A stretch of 64,000 nt of DNA from Octopus sinensis (taxonomy: Eukaryota). A program made the position numbers and the translations under genes. The notes under the pieces were generated by a model. The model was given only the letters and a program-made list of their open reading frames with translations. It searched no databases and had not been told where the DNA came from. Shown in pieces: positions 30,341-43,799 of the stretch. Within the stretch, counting starts at the first letter, position 1, and each line of letters begins with the position of its first letter. The DNA is taken from NCBI RefSeq assembly GCF_006345805.1, contig NW_021832411.1, positions 3,111-67,110 of the forward strand. The letters are read 5' to 3'.

Positions 30341-30588
30341 TATATCGTTTTTTATTCACTTTTGTTTTGTTTTAGTAAATACCACCGCTAACACTTTCTC
30401 CTATCGCTGTTGTCCTTGTCTGATCGAATTCTAAGTGATTGATTGATTAATTATTATTAATCTCGTTCTCTTTTTATTGTGTTTTCAGATTGTTTCTTGC
30501 GATATGCTTTGTAAAGACAAGAAAGAAGAAAATGAAGAAATAAATAAATAAATAAATGAAGACGATCCAATTAAGGTGAAAGATAGAA

Positions 30589-30903
30589 ATGGCCGTCCTG
30601 AGTGAACAGGTGAGGAGTGACCAGGTGATCAGCGCAAGCACAGGACAGATGACCATTGTCGATACAGAAAAGGTGAGCAGTGTGAATATAGAACAGGTGT
30701 GCAGCGTGGAGGCTGGACAGGTGACCAGTGTGACGTCAGAACAGGCGTGCAGCGGGAAAACAAAACGTGTGTCCAGTGTGAATATCGTATTGTCTTTGCT
30801 TGACCAATGTATTAACGTTGTTAACATCGTGGCCAACAATGCATCAAGCCCAAGGGACAAGAGGAGTAAAGTTCGACTGACCTCTACTTCACATTCGTCA
30901 TAA
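30589..30903 (+). CDS. hypothetical 104-aa protein with ~7 degenerate 8-residue repeats
   Basis: Non-microsatellite ORF; ATG in GAAATGG context; pyrimidine-rich acceptor TTTTCAG ending 30488; indel-free 24-bp repeat (DQVISAST, GQMTIVDT, EKVSSVNI, EQVCSVEA, GQVTSVTS, EQACSGKT, KRVSSVNI). No recognisable homology. Confidence 0.3.
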   Translation: MAVLSEQVRSDQVISASTGQMTIVDTEKVSSVNIEQVCSVEAGQVTSVTSEQACSGKTKRVSSVNIVLSLLDQCINVVNIVANNASSPRDKRSKVRLTSTSHSS

Positions 30904-30975
30904 GAGAGAATTTCGGCAAAGACAACGGCAACAATTAGTGTCAGTAATGAAAAAATTTAATAATTAATAATAACA

Positions 30976-31013
<38 letters not shown>

Positions 31014-31243
31014 CTACTAGTAATACTTAATATTGTTCTTAAAAACTACGATGGCAGTAAAGCAGGTTGACAACAACAACAACTACAACAACATCAAGCT
31101 GTATTGCTAGATCGATATCATCATCATCATCATCATCAATTACAACGACGATGACGACGACGACGACGATGTCAACGTAAACAAAAGCAAATAAAAAAAA
31201 GCAACTAGTAATACAAAAATAAACAACATCAACAACAAGAACA

Positions 31244-31289
<46 letters not shown>

Positions 31290-32130
31290 TAACGACCACG
31301 ACCGACATATTTCGTTCACGCTGAACACTACTTCGATCCGTTCGATTGGCTGGTTGTCCGACCAGCTTTACCTGGGGCGGATTAGTCTTACCTGGCGTAG
31401 TAGCAGCAACAGTATCAAGCGCAGCAGTAGCAGCAGTAGTAGTAGTAGTTAAACACAATCAAAATATATTTGCGGACACGGAACTAGAGGCACACTACCA
31501 CCACCATCACCAAAATCACCAACAACACCGCCACCCCGCGGTGCACGCGACATTTAACCACACCAACAACAGGTACTAATCATCATCTCCACCACCACAA
31601 CAACAACAACTGCTAAATTTCTTGATAACTGACTGCAGCCTGGGGAGGGGAAGGCAGAGGGAGAGACAGCTGTTGGGGGAGGACAACGACGGTGAGAGCG
31701 AGGCAGAAGACCTGGGGAGAAAGGAGGAACGAAGATTAGCGCTACTACTGGAAACTATTAGCTACAATTACTACTGCTGATACTACTACTACTACAACCA
31801 CTATTAACTACAGCTACTACTACTAAGGAGAAGAAGGCGTCGACGAGTTTACGTAGAAAAGTTATAGTAAGAGTGATCGTGGTGGGAGTCAGAAAAGTAG
31901 TGAGAGTTGGTGAGTGTAAGTGGGAGACGAAACTTAACAGAGTGGAGTAGGGGTAACATAACAAGACGGGTAACACGACAGTAGCGCCCCAACACATTTT
32001 AGTAGAACGAAGGCCCTGCCAGGCGATTAAGTATCGCCGGTTGCTGCTTTTCCGCGGGCAGGGCCCAAATGCAACGGTACACACACGAATAAAGGATTAC
32101 ATATAAAACATACATTTACGGGTTGTGTGT

Positions 32131-32173
<43 letters not shown>

Positions 32174-32632
32174 CTGCAAACCTGTGTTTGAGAGAGGAAG
32201 GAAAGAAGGAAAACACGAATGCTAAAAGGAATTAATGTTTGACTTTAGCTACCCGCAAACAGCAGAGAGAAACTATTTGATATTAAACAAAGTTGAACGG
32301 TACATGAAAAATAACGATTGTCATAACAACTATTATTTCACGTATTTATTGAACATAAACATATAAAGAAAGCGAAATTACTTTCGATCAAGCTGGATCG
32401 TTTACAAATAATTTATTTAAGGATGTAATCAAGGAAATCTTTTTGAAAAAAAAAAGTTAACAATAACGTGAAACCCCACGTATATGTATGTGTGTGTGTA
32501 AATAATATGTATTATACTATACAAATGCGAGTTGATTTAACAAACAAATACACACAACAAACTAAAGGTGTCTCAAAGAAGTTGTGTCTCTAAAACACAC
32601 AGCGGAACGTACGTATATTACTGAACCTATAT

Positions 32633-32674
<42 letters not shown>

Positions 32675-33413
32675 CTTTTTCGGCGAATCACAGAAGTTTC
32701 TTCAAATATATATATATAAAATGTAACGACATCTGAGATATATATACAACCTGTTGGAACGAATAATGTCAAAAATATATATATACTATATGTACGTGTA
32801 TGTACATATATGTTTGCATGTATATATGTGTGTTTATATATAATGTAATATAATGATTTGGTGGTCTGAAGCGAGCGAAAGGATGCAATACCCACAGATT
32901 TACCTTTTACTAAAAACACTCTATTTTATTGGATTACTGCATTTTATACGGTGCAATACACACGGTAAGTACTTCTAATTATCTTTCCGCTTTTCTACCT
33001 GTCCACTTAGATATCTTTCATACCTGTAATATTTACAGAATATTCGAAACGTCAACAAGAAAGTAAACTTTAAAAATAGCGTTTCTATTTAATAATTATT
33101 TAATAAATCAAAATCTGTTTAAAAGTTCATTAGATTTTTAATCTCCTTGGTAACTTTTAGGACACCGTATATTTTAGCTGGTATTTCAGCATACCTGTCT
33201 GTCTGTTAAATGTTTATTTTATAATTTCTGTTCTTGTGAATGCTGCTGTCGTCTACGTGTTTGCTGTGCAACGACAGACACCTAACTACCTGCAAATGAA
33301 CATGACAAAACTTTTGTATTGTATAGTGTTTATATATTTATATTGCTCAAGTTTACTGGGTCTAGCACGCGTGTAGAAAAATTTGACGTTATATATTATT
33401 TTTGTAAAATAAA

Positions 33414-33778
33414 GCGGCGAGCTGGCAGAAACGTTAGCACGCCGGGCGAGATGCTTAGCAGTATTTCGTCTGCCGTTACATTCTAGGTTCAAATTTCACT
33501 GAGGTCGACTATGCCTTTCATCCTTTCGGGGTCGATAAATTAAGTACCAGTTACGCATTGGGGTCGATGTAATCGACTTAATCAGTTTGTCTGTCCTTGT
33601 TTGTCCTCTCTGTGTTCAGCCCCTTGTGGGTAATAAAGAAATAGGTATTTCGTCCTGCTTTATGTTCTGGGTTCAAATTTCGCCGAGGTCGACTTCGCCT
33701 TTCATCCTTTTCAGGGTCGATAAAATAAGTACCAGTTAAGCATTGGGGTTGATGAATCGACTTATACTCTCCCCCGAA
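33414..33778 (+). mobile_element. SINE family B dimer
   Basis: Same organisation as 16975-17388. Confidence 0.9.
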
Positions 33779-33867
33779 ACTGCTGTGGACACAGAACATG
33801 TGAGCAACGAGGAGACTGGATAGGTAACCAGAGAAAAATTTAAAATTTGAAACCTATATATTTATAT

Positions 33868-34255
33868 AATGTGGTTGTGTGGTTAAGAAGCTCTTCTTGC
33901 GACCACATGGTTTTGGGTTCAGTCCCATTGCACAGCACTTTAAGTAAGTGTTTTCTTTGTTTGTTTTTCTACTATCGCCCTGAGTGGACCAATGTCTTGT
34001 GAGGGAATCTGGTAGAGGGAGACTGTCTTTGAGTTTGTCCCCACCACTACCACTTGACAACCAGTGTTGGTTTGTTTACGTTCCCCGTAAACAAGCTGTT
34101 CGGCAAAAAAAGGACGATAAAATAAGTACCAAACTTTAAAATAAAAGAAAGAAACGACGTAAGTATTGGCATCGATCAATTCGACTGAAGTCCTTCAAGG
34201 CCGTACTCCAGCATGGCCGCAGCCCAGTGATTGAAACAAATAAAAAGATAAGAGA
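33868..34255 (+). mobile_element. SINE family A, diverged
   Basis: GTGGTTGTGTGGTTAAGAAGC..GGTTCAGTCCCA..CTTGACAACC..CAGCATGGCCGCAG..GAAACAAATAAAA. Confidence 0.8.
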
Positions 34256-34295
34256 CACAAACACACACACATTTACGTTGATGACACTGATTGTA

Positions 34296-34332
<37 letters not shown>

Positions 34333-34487
34333 TGGTGATGGATCTACAACACGTACATGTATGAATGTGTGTATATATGTGTGTGTGTACGTGTGTTCTT
34401 TAGTCATAAAACATTTAAATAACATTATTATTAGCAACCTATTTATGTGTACGTACGTATCTGTATTCACATATATGTATACATGCG

Positions 34488-34535
<48 letters not shown>

Positions 34536-35422
34536 AGATAAATAAAAATATATGCATACATACAAACATATATGTACGTACCTACATCTACATGTATATA
34601 TACATGCATATATAAATAATTATACGGAAGTACAGGACATCACAATAAGACGTAGAAACAGAAAAAGCCAAAAAACAAAAAACAAGAAAACGGAAAACGA
34701 AAACCAAATACAGGACAGGTTACACAAGGACAAAACCCCCGTCATCAGCTGTCGCTAGAGGAGTCAGGCATGTTTCGAAGGCATAACAGAACACTAATCC
34801 AATAGGCCTTCCTGCGAGAGAATTAAAATAAAATTTCAAGCAGCGGGGCACAATGAGTACGAACACAAACAAGACGTAACAATAAGACTGCAAAATTAAA
34901 ATACATGTACAAAAACAAACACAAGAGGACGAACGAAAAGCCTTTTTTCTGGCATAGACAAACAATAAAACTGCAAAAATAAAAATACATGTACAAAAAG
35001 TACAATTAGTTACAAAACGAGAAAATAACAAGAATACTATACAGGAAATTAACCACACAAGGGGACGAACGAAGAAGCCTTTTTGCTGGCAAGGACGAAA
35101 GTGTAGTAGCAGCGCGTGGAGGCAGATATATATATATATGTATACACATATGCATACATATATGCATGAATATATATATACATGTGTATATATATATATA
35201 TACATACATACACACACGAGGAGTAGATAGACAGCCGACAACTGACGAAGGGTCGTTCTTTATGTTACTTGTCCTGTACCCATATATGCATATGTTTGTG
35301 CATGTGTGTGTATATATATGCATGTATATATATATATTTATATATATATATATATCATTAGTGTATCTGTGCGTGTGCCTCCATGTGTGCACGTACGTCT
35401 GGGTGTTTGTGTTTGCATGTAC

Positions 35423-35473
<51 letters not shown>

Positions 35474-35619
35474 CGAGGCGTTCGAGGGCCTTTGCGCTCG
35501 CGCGCCTTGGCGCGCGCTGGGGGCTTGGTCGGCCCCTTGGGCTTGCGTTGTACTGCTTGTGCGTTGTGTGCGTGAGCGCGCTTCGTGTGTGTGGGCTTGC
35601 TTCGGATGTGCGCGTGCGT

Positions 35620-37150
35620 ATGTATGCATACATACCCACACACTCGCATGCATCCCTACCCACATACATACACGCACACCTACTCACACACACACATACA
35701 CACACATACCTGCACACACACACACACACACATACATACATACATACACATACATACCTACTTCAGACATACACACACACAGACATACACCCATACACTC
35801 ACACTCACACACACACACACATACACACGCACACGTACACATACACACACACACACACACATACATACATACATACACACATACATAAACACACACACAT
35901 ACATACACACACACACCTACACAGCCATACCCTCACTCAGACACACACATCTACCTACACACACACACAAACACACACGGACACACACCCATACATACAT
36001 ACATCCACACACACACGCCTACACACATACATACACACATACATAAACACACACACATACACATATACACACATACGCACACACACATATAGTTATACAC
36101 ATGCACACACACACACATACATACATATACCCATATACATACACACACACATACCCACATACTCCTATACGCACATACATACACACAGACATACACACAT
36201 ACACACTCACACAAACATACACACACACATACTTACACACACACTCACCTGCACGCGCACACACATGCATGACAAACACCCATACACTCACACTCACATA
36301 CGCACACACCAACATAAACACGCACACGCACACGCACACACACACCTACACTCCCACACACATACACACGCACCTACATACACACACGCACGCATACACA
36401 CGCATACACACATACATTACACACGTACACACACACCTACATACACATGCATACACACACACACACACAAACATGCACGGACACACCCAGACATACACAC
36501 ATACACCTATATACACACGCCCACACACCTACATACACACACATATACACACGCCCACACACCTACATACACACACATACATACACACACATACACGGAC
36601 ACACCCATACATACTTACATACATACACCTATACACACACGCCTACACACCTACATACACACACATGCATACACACACACACACATGTACGCACATACAC
36701 ACACATACGCACATACATATATACCCACACACATGCACACACACACACATACGCACATGCATGCATGCATGCATGCACACGCGCACACCTACACGCATAC
36801 ACACACACACACGCACGTACACATACATACATACACACACGCATACATACACCCATACACATACATGCATCCTACACACACATACATACACACTCACACA
36901 TACATACACACACACACACTCACTCTCACACCTGTATGTACGCGCACACACATGCACATACACACACTTCCCCACACCCACACGTACATACATACACACT
37001 CACACACATACACACACACACACACACGGACATACATCTATGCACACACATACATACACACATACTCACATACATTCATCGGACACACTGCCACCCGGAC
37101 ATACACACAGACACACTCACACATCCACACACATACATACTTACGCACAT
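35620..37150. repeat. 1.5-kb imperfect (CA)n/(TACA)n tract
   Basis: Direct reading; it is the source of the spurious 652-, 489- and 330-aa His/Thr ORFs. Confidence 0.95.
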
Positions 37151-37879
37151 ACTCGCAGGCGCGCGCACGCACGCGCTTGCGCCGGTTCGCGCACGCATAC
37201 GCGCCGCAGGCACCTCGCTCTCGGACCCGACAAGACCTCCCGCCCGTTCCTGGGACCGTCGCGTGTCGTTGGGTTTTCCCACGCCCGTCTCCGCGGGACC
37301 ACTCTTCCATCTTCCCCTCAGCTGGAGTCCTTTTTCCTTAACCCCCCCCTTTTTTTCGTTACACACGCGCGCACACATATACACACGTTGCTTAAATATA
37401 TACATTACTCTTACACACATTCAATCTACTCGCCATTAATACCACCACGACACTGGACACACACACCCACTACTACTCAACACACGCTGGCACGCTACAT
37501 ACGCCCCCACCCCTTCCCCTCCCTCCCTTCCTCCTTCCTTCTTTTTCTTACTACTGACCTTGTCTGCTAAGCTGACCACTAGTCTAGTCTCGCCCTACCT
37601 CACACGCCTACACACAGACGCACACACTAACACACACACATATATATTTTTGTGTTTTTTCATCTCGCCTCACACACACACATACACACACGCACACGCA
37701 CACACTCACACATACACACACATCTGTTGCGTTACCAACCTTATCTCCACTCTTTTGCCTTTAAAAACCCACTTTGCTCTGTTTTCGTAAACATCCGCCT
37801 TTCACCATGTGCAACTCGTAAACACCAGCCGTCTTTTTTCTCTTTCCCTGTTGCCCGCTCTGGGATCTTTCCTCTCTCT

Positions 37880-37990
37880 TCCTTCTTTATGTTTCCGACG
37901 AAGAGCTCCGCTCGAAACGTCATACCTCCCTGCTTCCATTTCCTGAGCGCCTATTAATAATAATACTGTAATTGTTCCATTGTTGTTGTT
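37880..37990 (+). mobile_element. Penelope-like pseudo-LTR fragment with variant minimal hammerhead-like core
   Basis: TTTCCGACGAAGAGCTCCGCTCGAAACGTCA..CCTGAGCG..AATAATACTG; same layout as 3990-4125 and the reverse complement of 57290-57370. Confidence 0.45.
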
Positions 37991-38613
37991 TTTTTGTTTC
38001 CCGTTTGGATTAAAATTATATATATATATATATATACAGACACGTGTGTGTGCGTGTGTACATATCTATGCGTGTGTACATACGTGTGTATATGCGTGTA
38101 CAAACGTGTGTATATCCCCCCCACCCCTTATTGACAACCGGTGTTGGTTTGTTAACGTTCTCGTAATATAGCCGTTCGGCAAAAGAGAACCGATAGAATA
38201 AGTACCAGACTTAAAGAATAAGTACTGCGATCGATTTTTTTCGACCAAACCCCTCAAGGCCGCAGCCCATTGATAATCAAATAAAAAGCGATGTGTTTGT
38301 GCTAAACACCTGTTGCTTTTATAAGTCAATTCTAAATTAATGTTAAAAGGAGAAAGTGCGCCTTTTTTAAATCCTTCTTTATGCACATGATCTGCCGAAG
38401 TGTGTGAGGAAGGCATTATTGTCACAAAATCACTTTGCCTTCTCTTTACTACAAACCTGAGGTGACAGAACGCATAGTCCGTTGAATCGGTGATGATGTT
38501 TGCTGCATTAGAACAACAGGCAGGTTGATTCTGCGATTCGGTTTCGATTCAGAGTAGAGCCTGTTTCGTTTCGATTGTTTGCGCACATCACATGTGCCTG
38601 TCTGTCTGCCTGC

Positions 38614-38653
<40 letters not shown>

Positions 38654-38891
38654 CTTAGATTAATTTGTGTGTCTTTAATGTGTATGTGTGTGTTGTATGT
38701 CTTTGTCTGTATGATGTATGCGTGTATTTACGTGTCTGTGTGTATATGTGCAATTGCGTGAATATGTAGATGTGTGTATTTGCCTCTGTGTGTTTGAGGG
38801 TGGATAGATAGATAGATAGATATAGATATAGATAGATAGATAGATATAGATAGATAAATAGATATAGATAGATAGATATAGATAGATAGAT

Positions 38892-38954
<63 letters not shown>

Positions 38955-39349
38955 TGGATATGTAGTTAGTTCTGTGTCGATGTAGATGTACCTATTTATT
39001 TACCTGTGTATGTCGACAGATAGAGAGACAGACTGATAGAGAGGTGTGTATTTAATCTGTGTGTCGATAAACAACGATATGTATCCTTTACTTCTGGGTG
39101 TCTGTGTGTGTATTTATCTTTGTGAATGTGCGTTTGATATTTTTAGATTCATTTGTGTAACTTACATTTATATTTCTATATCAATCAGTGTGCATTTGTG
39201 TGAGTATCGACACATGGATGCGTCTGTCAGTTTATATATGTGCGTGTATGTGCGTAGCTGCATATTTACATATATGTGTATGTGTATTTGTGTGCGTGCG
39301 TTTTGACACATAGCTACGGCTATGGTTATACAGGTATGGATATGATGTA

Positions 39350-39561
39350 TGGGTGCTGAAAAGTTCCTGACTTTGGGTAACAGAAAAAATGCGACGATCA
39401 GTTAATTATGATTTCATTCAATGTATTCCCCTCTCAAATCCACACACTTTTTGCAGCGGTCCTTCATTTTTTCTAAGCCCTGTAAAAGAACTCGGAAGTT
39501 TGAGCCTCAAACCAGGCCTTTCACAATACCCTTAAAGCAGGATCTTCTTAGCAGCCCCTCA
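39350..39561. mobile_element. mariner-derived MITE
   Basis: GGGTGCTGAAAAGTTCCTGACTTT ... AAAGCAGGATCTTCTTAGCAGCCCCTCA|TA, imperfect TIRs. Confidence 0.65.
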
Positions 39562-39984
39562 TATATGTAGGTGTATACATACATACATACATACATACAT
39601 ACATACATACGTACGTACGTACGTACGTTCGTTCGTTCGTTCGTTCATTAATCCATCCATTATGATGGCTGCAAGCTCGTATTCTAGTATTGCCATCGCC
39701 TAATCATAAGTCCAACACATGTGGAGGCTACGACCAGCCATTTTTGTGCTAAGTCTCACACTTTTCAAGCGATGTCTGTGGGGAAAGGATTTGCACAAAT
39801 CCATTTCCACTCTCTAAAACATGGACGACATAAACTCGAAAAGAAGGACTAATCTACATCATCAAATATTGTCAGTCTCGCAAGTTTCCCTCTCCTAGAG
39901 AGATGTGACAACAAGAGAGGGGCCTCCCACTCTCAGTGAGCCAACCGCGTGCCTGGACACCAACCCAGGTATTTCCACGTCTCA

Positions 39985-40213
39985 GCGGCGAGCTGGCAGA
40001 AACGTTAGCGCGCCGGACGAAATGCTTAGCGGTATTTCGTCTGTCGCTACGTTCTGAGTTCAAATTCCGCCGGGGTCGACTTTGCCATTCATCCTTTCGG
40101 GGTCGATAAATTAAGTACCAGTTACACACTGGGGTCGATGTAATCGACTTAATCCGTTTGTCTGTCCTTGTTTGTCCCCTCTGTATTTAGCCCCTTGTGG
40201 GTAATAAAGAAAT
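39985..40213 (+). mobile_element. SINE family B, young monomer with perfect 15-bp target duplication
   Basis: AGGTATTTCCACGTC at 39967-39981 and 40214-40228. Confidence 0.92.
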
Positions 40214-40747
40214 AGGTATTTCCACGTCCCCGCGCATAAATACATGCATACATATAATGTGAAACAATGTCTTCAGTGTGAGTATGTGGACTGTGGGGTC
40301 GACCGCGTCCTCCGCTTCATCTTTTGTAAATCACTCATTCTCATTTCATTGTATATATTTTAATTGTTTATTCATACGTTTCGTCCCATTCGATCCCCTG
40401 ACCCCAATGTTTGTTTTGTCTGACCTCGTATCGTCCCCTCTTTTTTTCAACCTTATATGGTTAATAAAGAAATTGATTGCTTATGTGCTCTTCCGCCCTT
40501 TGACAGGTCTTATTTTTCGTTCTGCAGGGTGACCAACAACCACCCTCCTCACCAAGCAAGCTTGATAAGGTTGCCAGTTTAGTCGTCGATGACCCGACCA
40601 TGCAACAGGCTGTACTGGGTTACATGTTACATACATACCTACATATCTACGAGTGCAAATTTTCTTTTCTTTTTTTTTTTTCTTTTTTTAACCTGTAGTA
40701 TTTTTTATCTGTCAGTGTATTTTTATCAATGAAAATATGTTTACAGA

Positions 40748-41450
40748 TTCTTTTCTACTCTAGGCACAAGGCCTGAAATTTTTGGAGACGGGGCCAGTCG
40801 ATTAGATCGACCTAGTACGCAACTGGTACTTAATTTATCGACTCTGAAAGGATGAACGGTGAAGTCGACCTCGGCGGAATTTGTACTAAGAACGTAAAGA
40901 CAGGCGAAATACCTATTTCTTTATTACCCACAAGGGGCTAAACACAGAGGGGGACAAACAAGGACAGACATAGGTATTAAGTCGATTACATCGACCCCAG
41001 TGCGTAACTGGTACTTAATTTATCGACCCCGAAAGGATGAAAGGGCAAGTCGACCTCGGCGGAATTTGAACTCACAACGTAACGACAGACGAAATACGGC
41101 TACGCATATCGCCCGGCGTGCTAACGTTTCTGCCAGCTCGCCGCCTTTTACTTTCTATAGATTGACAAGTTTCGACAGGCGAAATACCGCTAAGCATTTC
41201 TTCCGGCATGCTGTTTCTTATTTCTTTATTGCCCACAAGGGGCTAAACATAGAGGGGACAAACAAGGACAGACAAACGGATTAAGTCGATTATATCGACC
41301 CCAGTGCGTAACTGGTACTTATTTAATCGACCCTGAAAGGATGAAAGGCAAAGTCGACCTAGGCGGAATTTGAACTCAGAACGTAGCGGCAGACGAAATA
41401 CCGCTAAGTATTTCGCCCGGCGTGCTAACGTTTCTGCCAGCTCACCGCCT
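40748..41450 (-). mobile_element. SINE family B dimer plus a further monomer
   Basis: Three reverse-complement family B blocks; 5' flank TTTACTTTCTA.AGATTGACAAGTTT repeated at ~41147 and ~41451. Confidence 0.9.
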
Positions 41451-41583
41451 TTTACTTTCTAAAGATTGACAAGTTTGCGTGTTGGTATTCGTTTGCATCT
41501 GTGTATACGTATTCTTCAACCGCCCAAAAGACCCAGCCACCACACAACCTCCATCACACGATAAAAAAAAAACCTTGTATATA

Positions 41584-41615
<32 letters not shown>

Positions 41616-41739
41616 CAATCATGATCTCTCCCGTCGTTAGACGACGTATGAGGGTTCGACAATTTCTTGCCGAAAGAATCACACAGATGATTTGTTTAAA
41701 GTGTCGAGTTTTTGTGCTCACATAAGCTCGCTCACTCCA

Positions 41740-41905
41740 TCAAATTGACATTACCTGTACAGGCGCACCATGTGCCACACGACGAAATGATCGCAAAACA
41801 ATGTGAAACGATGTGCTTTGCTCAAGAACATAACGCAACGACCGGTCTGGGAATCGATCCCACAATCGTGAGTACAACACCCTAACCACTAAGCCATACG
41901 CCTTC
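41740..41905 (-). mobile_element. tRNA-derived SINE with V-like domain, diverged (related copy at ~57780-57890 -)
   Basis: Reverse complement reads GGCGTATGGCTTAGTGGTTAGGG..ATCGATTCCCAGACCG..TGTTCTTGAGCAAAGCAC. Confidence 0.65.
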
Positions 41906-41916
41906 ACATGTATATG

Positions 41917-41972
<56 letters not shown>

Positions 41973-42192
41973 CAGTTCTATATTTAAGAGGTGAGGAATT
42001 ATTTACATTATTTACATTTGACGGATATTTGTCCTCATCAGGTGTCTTGGAGAAATTTCGGACTGGATTCTCATTCCTAAGGCATTCTTCGATGCTATCA
42101 TTATTATTATTCAGGTCACTGCCTGGAATCGAACTCGGAATATTGGGGTTAGCAGTCCGCGCTCTGAACCCCTTCATCATATGCCCGTGGGC
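41973..42192 (-). mobile_element. tRNA-headed non-autonomous element with Penelope-type tail; hammerhead deleted in this copy
   Basis: Minus strand: tRNA-like head with anticodon-like arm GGACTGCTAACC and B box GAGTTCGATTCC (42125-42136), (AAT)n spacer, then CCAAGACACCTGATGA|GGACAAATATCCGTCAAATGTAAATAATGTAA as at 28141-28350. Confidence 0.6.
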
Positions 42193-42739
42193 AAATATGG
42201 AGTGAATATCTATATATATCTGTATATGTATATATATATATACACACACACAGATTCTTAGATATATATGGTGGGGTGTATGTGTATCTGTGCATGTATG
42301 TATATAAGTACATAATGGTGTGTGTGTTTGTGCAAACTGCGTGGTCAAGTATAAGATCATTCTAGTATTCTTATTCTTTTTACCCGTTTCTACCATCCTA
42401 CCATGAAAATGCTAAAATACCACCACCAGCTTTATGGCAGCGCTGCACGTGGCATTCGGTGAATAAGGAAGTCTGACATGGCTGCTCTCATCTCTACCTC
42501 AACGCTGCTATATTTAGGTTCATTCAAAAATTGCCCACGTAATGCTTGTGAAGTACTCCAAGGGTTAGAAACAGCGACTGCATATATATTCTTTATGTTT
42601 TGAGGAAGAATGAAATACAATTAGATTCTAATTTAACCCTTTGCATCAAGTTAATTCTCTTTTCCCATATTTTTGCATGAATTTCTTCCACTTTGAACAG
42701 GAAAAATCCTGACTATATCATCAACGTTTATTCATGTGT

Positions 42740-43060
42740 TCTTTTATTGGTTTCAGCCAGAGGTTGAGACCGTTTAAACTCAATCGTGTCCCTTCCTCCA
42801 GAATTGATCCTGCGAAGCAATGAGTTGGGCAGAGCTTCACATTTTTTTGCCTTTCTTGTCGTGATGTGGGTCCATCAGATATACGAGATAAAAATTTGTT
42901 TGATTGTTCTATAAACACAACCACATCTCGTAGTTCTCTGAGACCTTTTGGTAGAGTATGGAAAAGTTGTAGGCCTTTGAACCTGTTACAGTATTGTTTC
43001 CTTACTCTGGACTTCACAGACTTTCATAGTCTCATCTTCAAGATGATGTGATGTTGGCGT
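42740..43060 (-). mobile_element. CR1-group LINE 3' fragment
   Basis: FKGLQLFHTLPKGLREL..NKFLSRISDGP resembles the C-terminal G..LFN.LP..LR..K..LDKFL..IPD.P motif, also seen at 1190-1300. Confidence 0.6.
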
Positions 43061-43347
43061 ATGTAATATCTCAGAAAAACCAGAATCATGAATTTGGATA
43101 ACAAAGGTATGCAAAGAAAGGAATCCAAGATAAATTTTTAATTTACTGAAAGTCCCTTTGTTTCCAAAGTGAGTATCCGAATGCCTAGCGGCAATAGCAG
43201 CCGATATCAGGTGAGGAGGGAGGTGAATCTCACTAAATTCAAATCAATAGTCTAAATTAGCATACCATTAAGGAAAATGTTGGGGTTAGTCAGAAGATGA
43301 TAGGATATGCTAAGAACAAATGTTTCTTGCTCAACAGGCGTTATATA

Positions 43348-43401
<54 letters not shown>

Positions 43402-43799
43402 GGTGCGGATTCTCTTCGACGTGTGAGGACTCAACAGGCTAGTTGTTAAGTTACTCACACAGGTGCTTTGTTTTCAGTAGTGAAGATTTGTGTAGAACCA
43501 GCCACAGATTTTTAAACTGCTGATGGCAAAAAATTCATGAAAATTGTTTGCTTTAAACTCAATGAAAAACATACCTCAGGCTTCTATTATTCTCTCTCTC
43601 CTGGGTTAGTTGCTTTCGCCATAGTTGAGAGTCCAACCCCACTCTGGTAATCTAAATGCGCACCTGGGTACCAAACCAGAAATTTATAAACTCATTTGTT
43701 GTGCTAATAAATACGAAATATGTCCACAAGGCTTCCTGGCTCATATACTTGACTACCTAAGAGTCTACATCCACAAATGGCACATATTGGGTGATTATA

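Noticed and set aside
35383-37570. Long 652-, 489- and 330-aa His/Thr-rich ORFs
   Set aside because: They are translations of an imperfect (CA)n tract that lacks stop codons in all frames.
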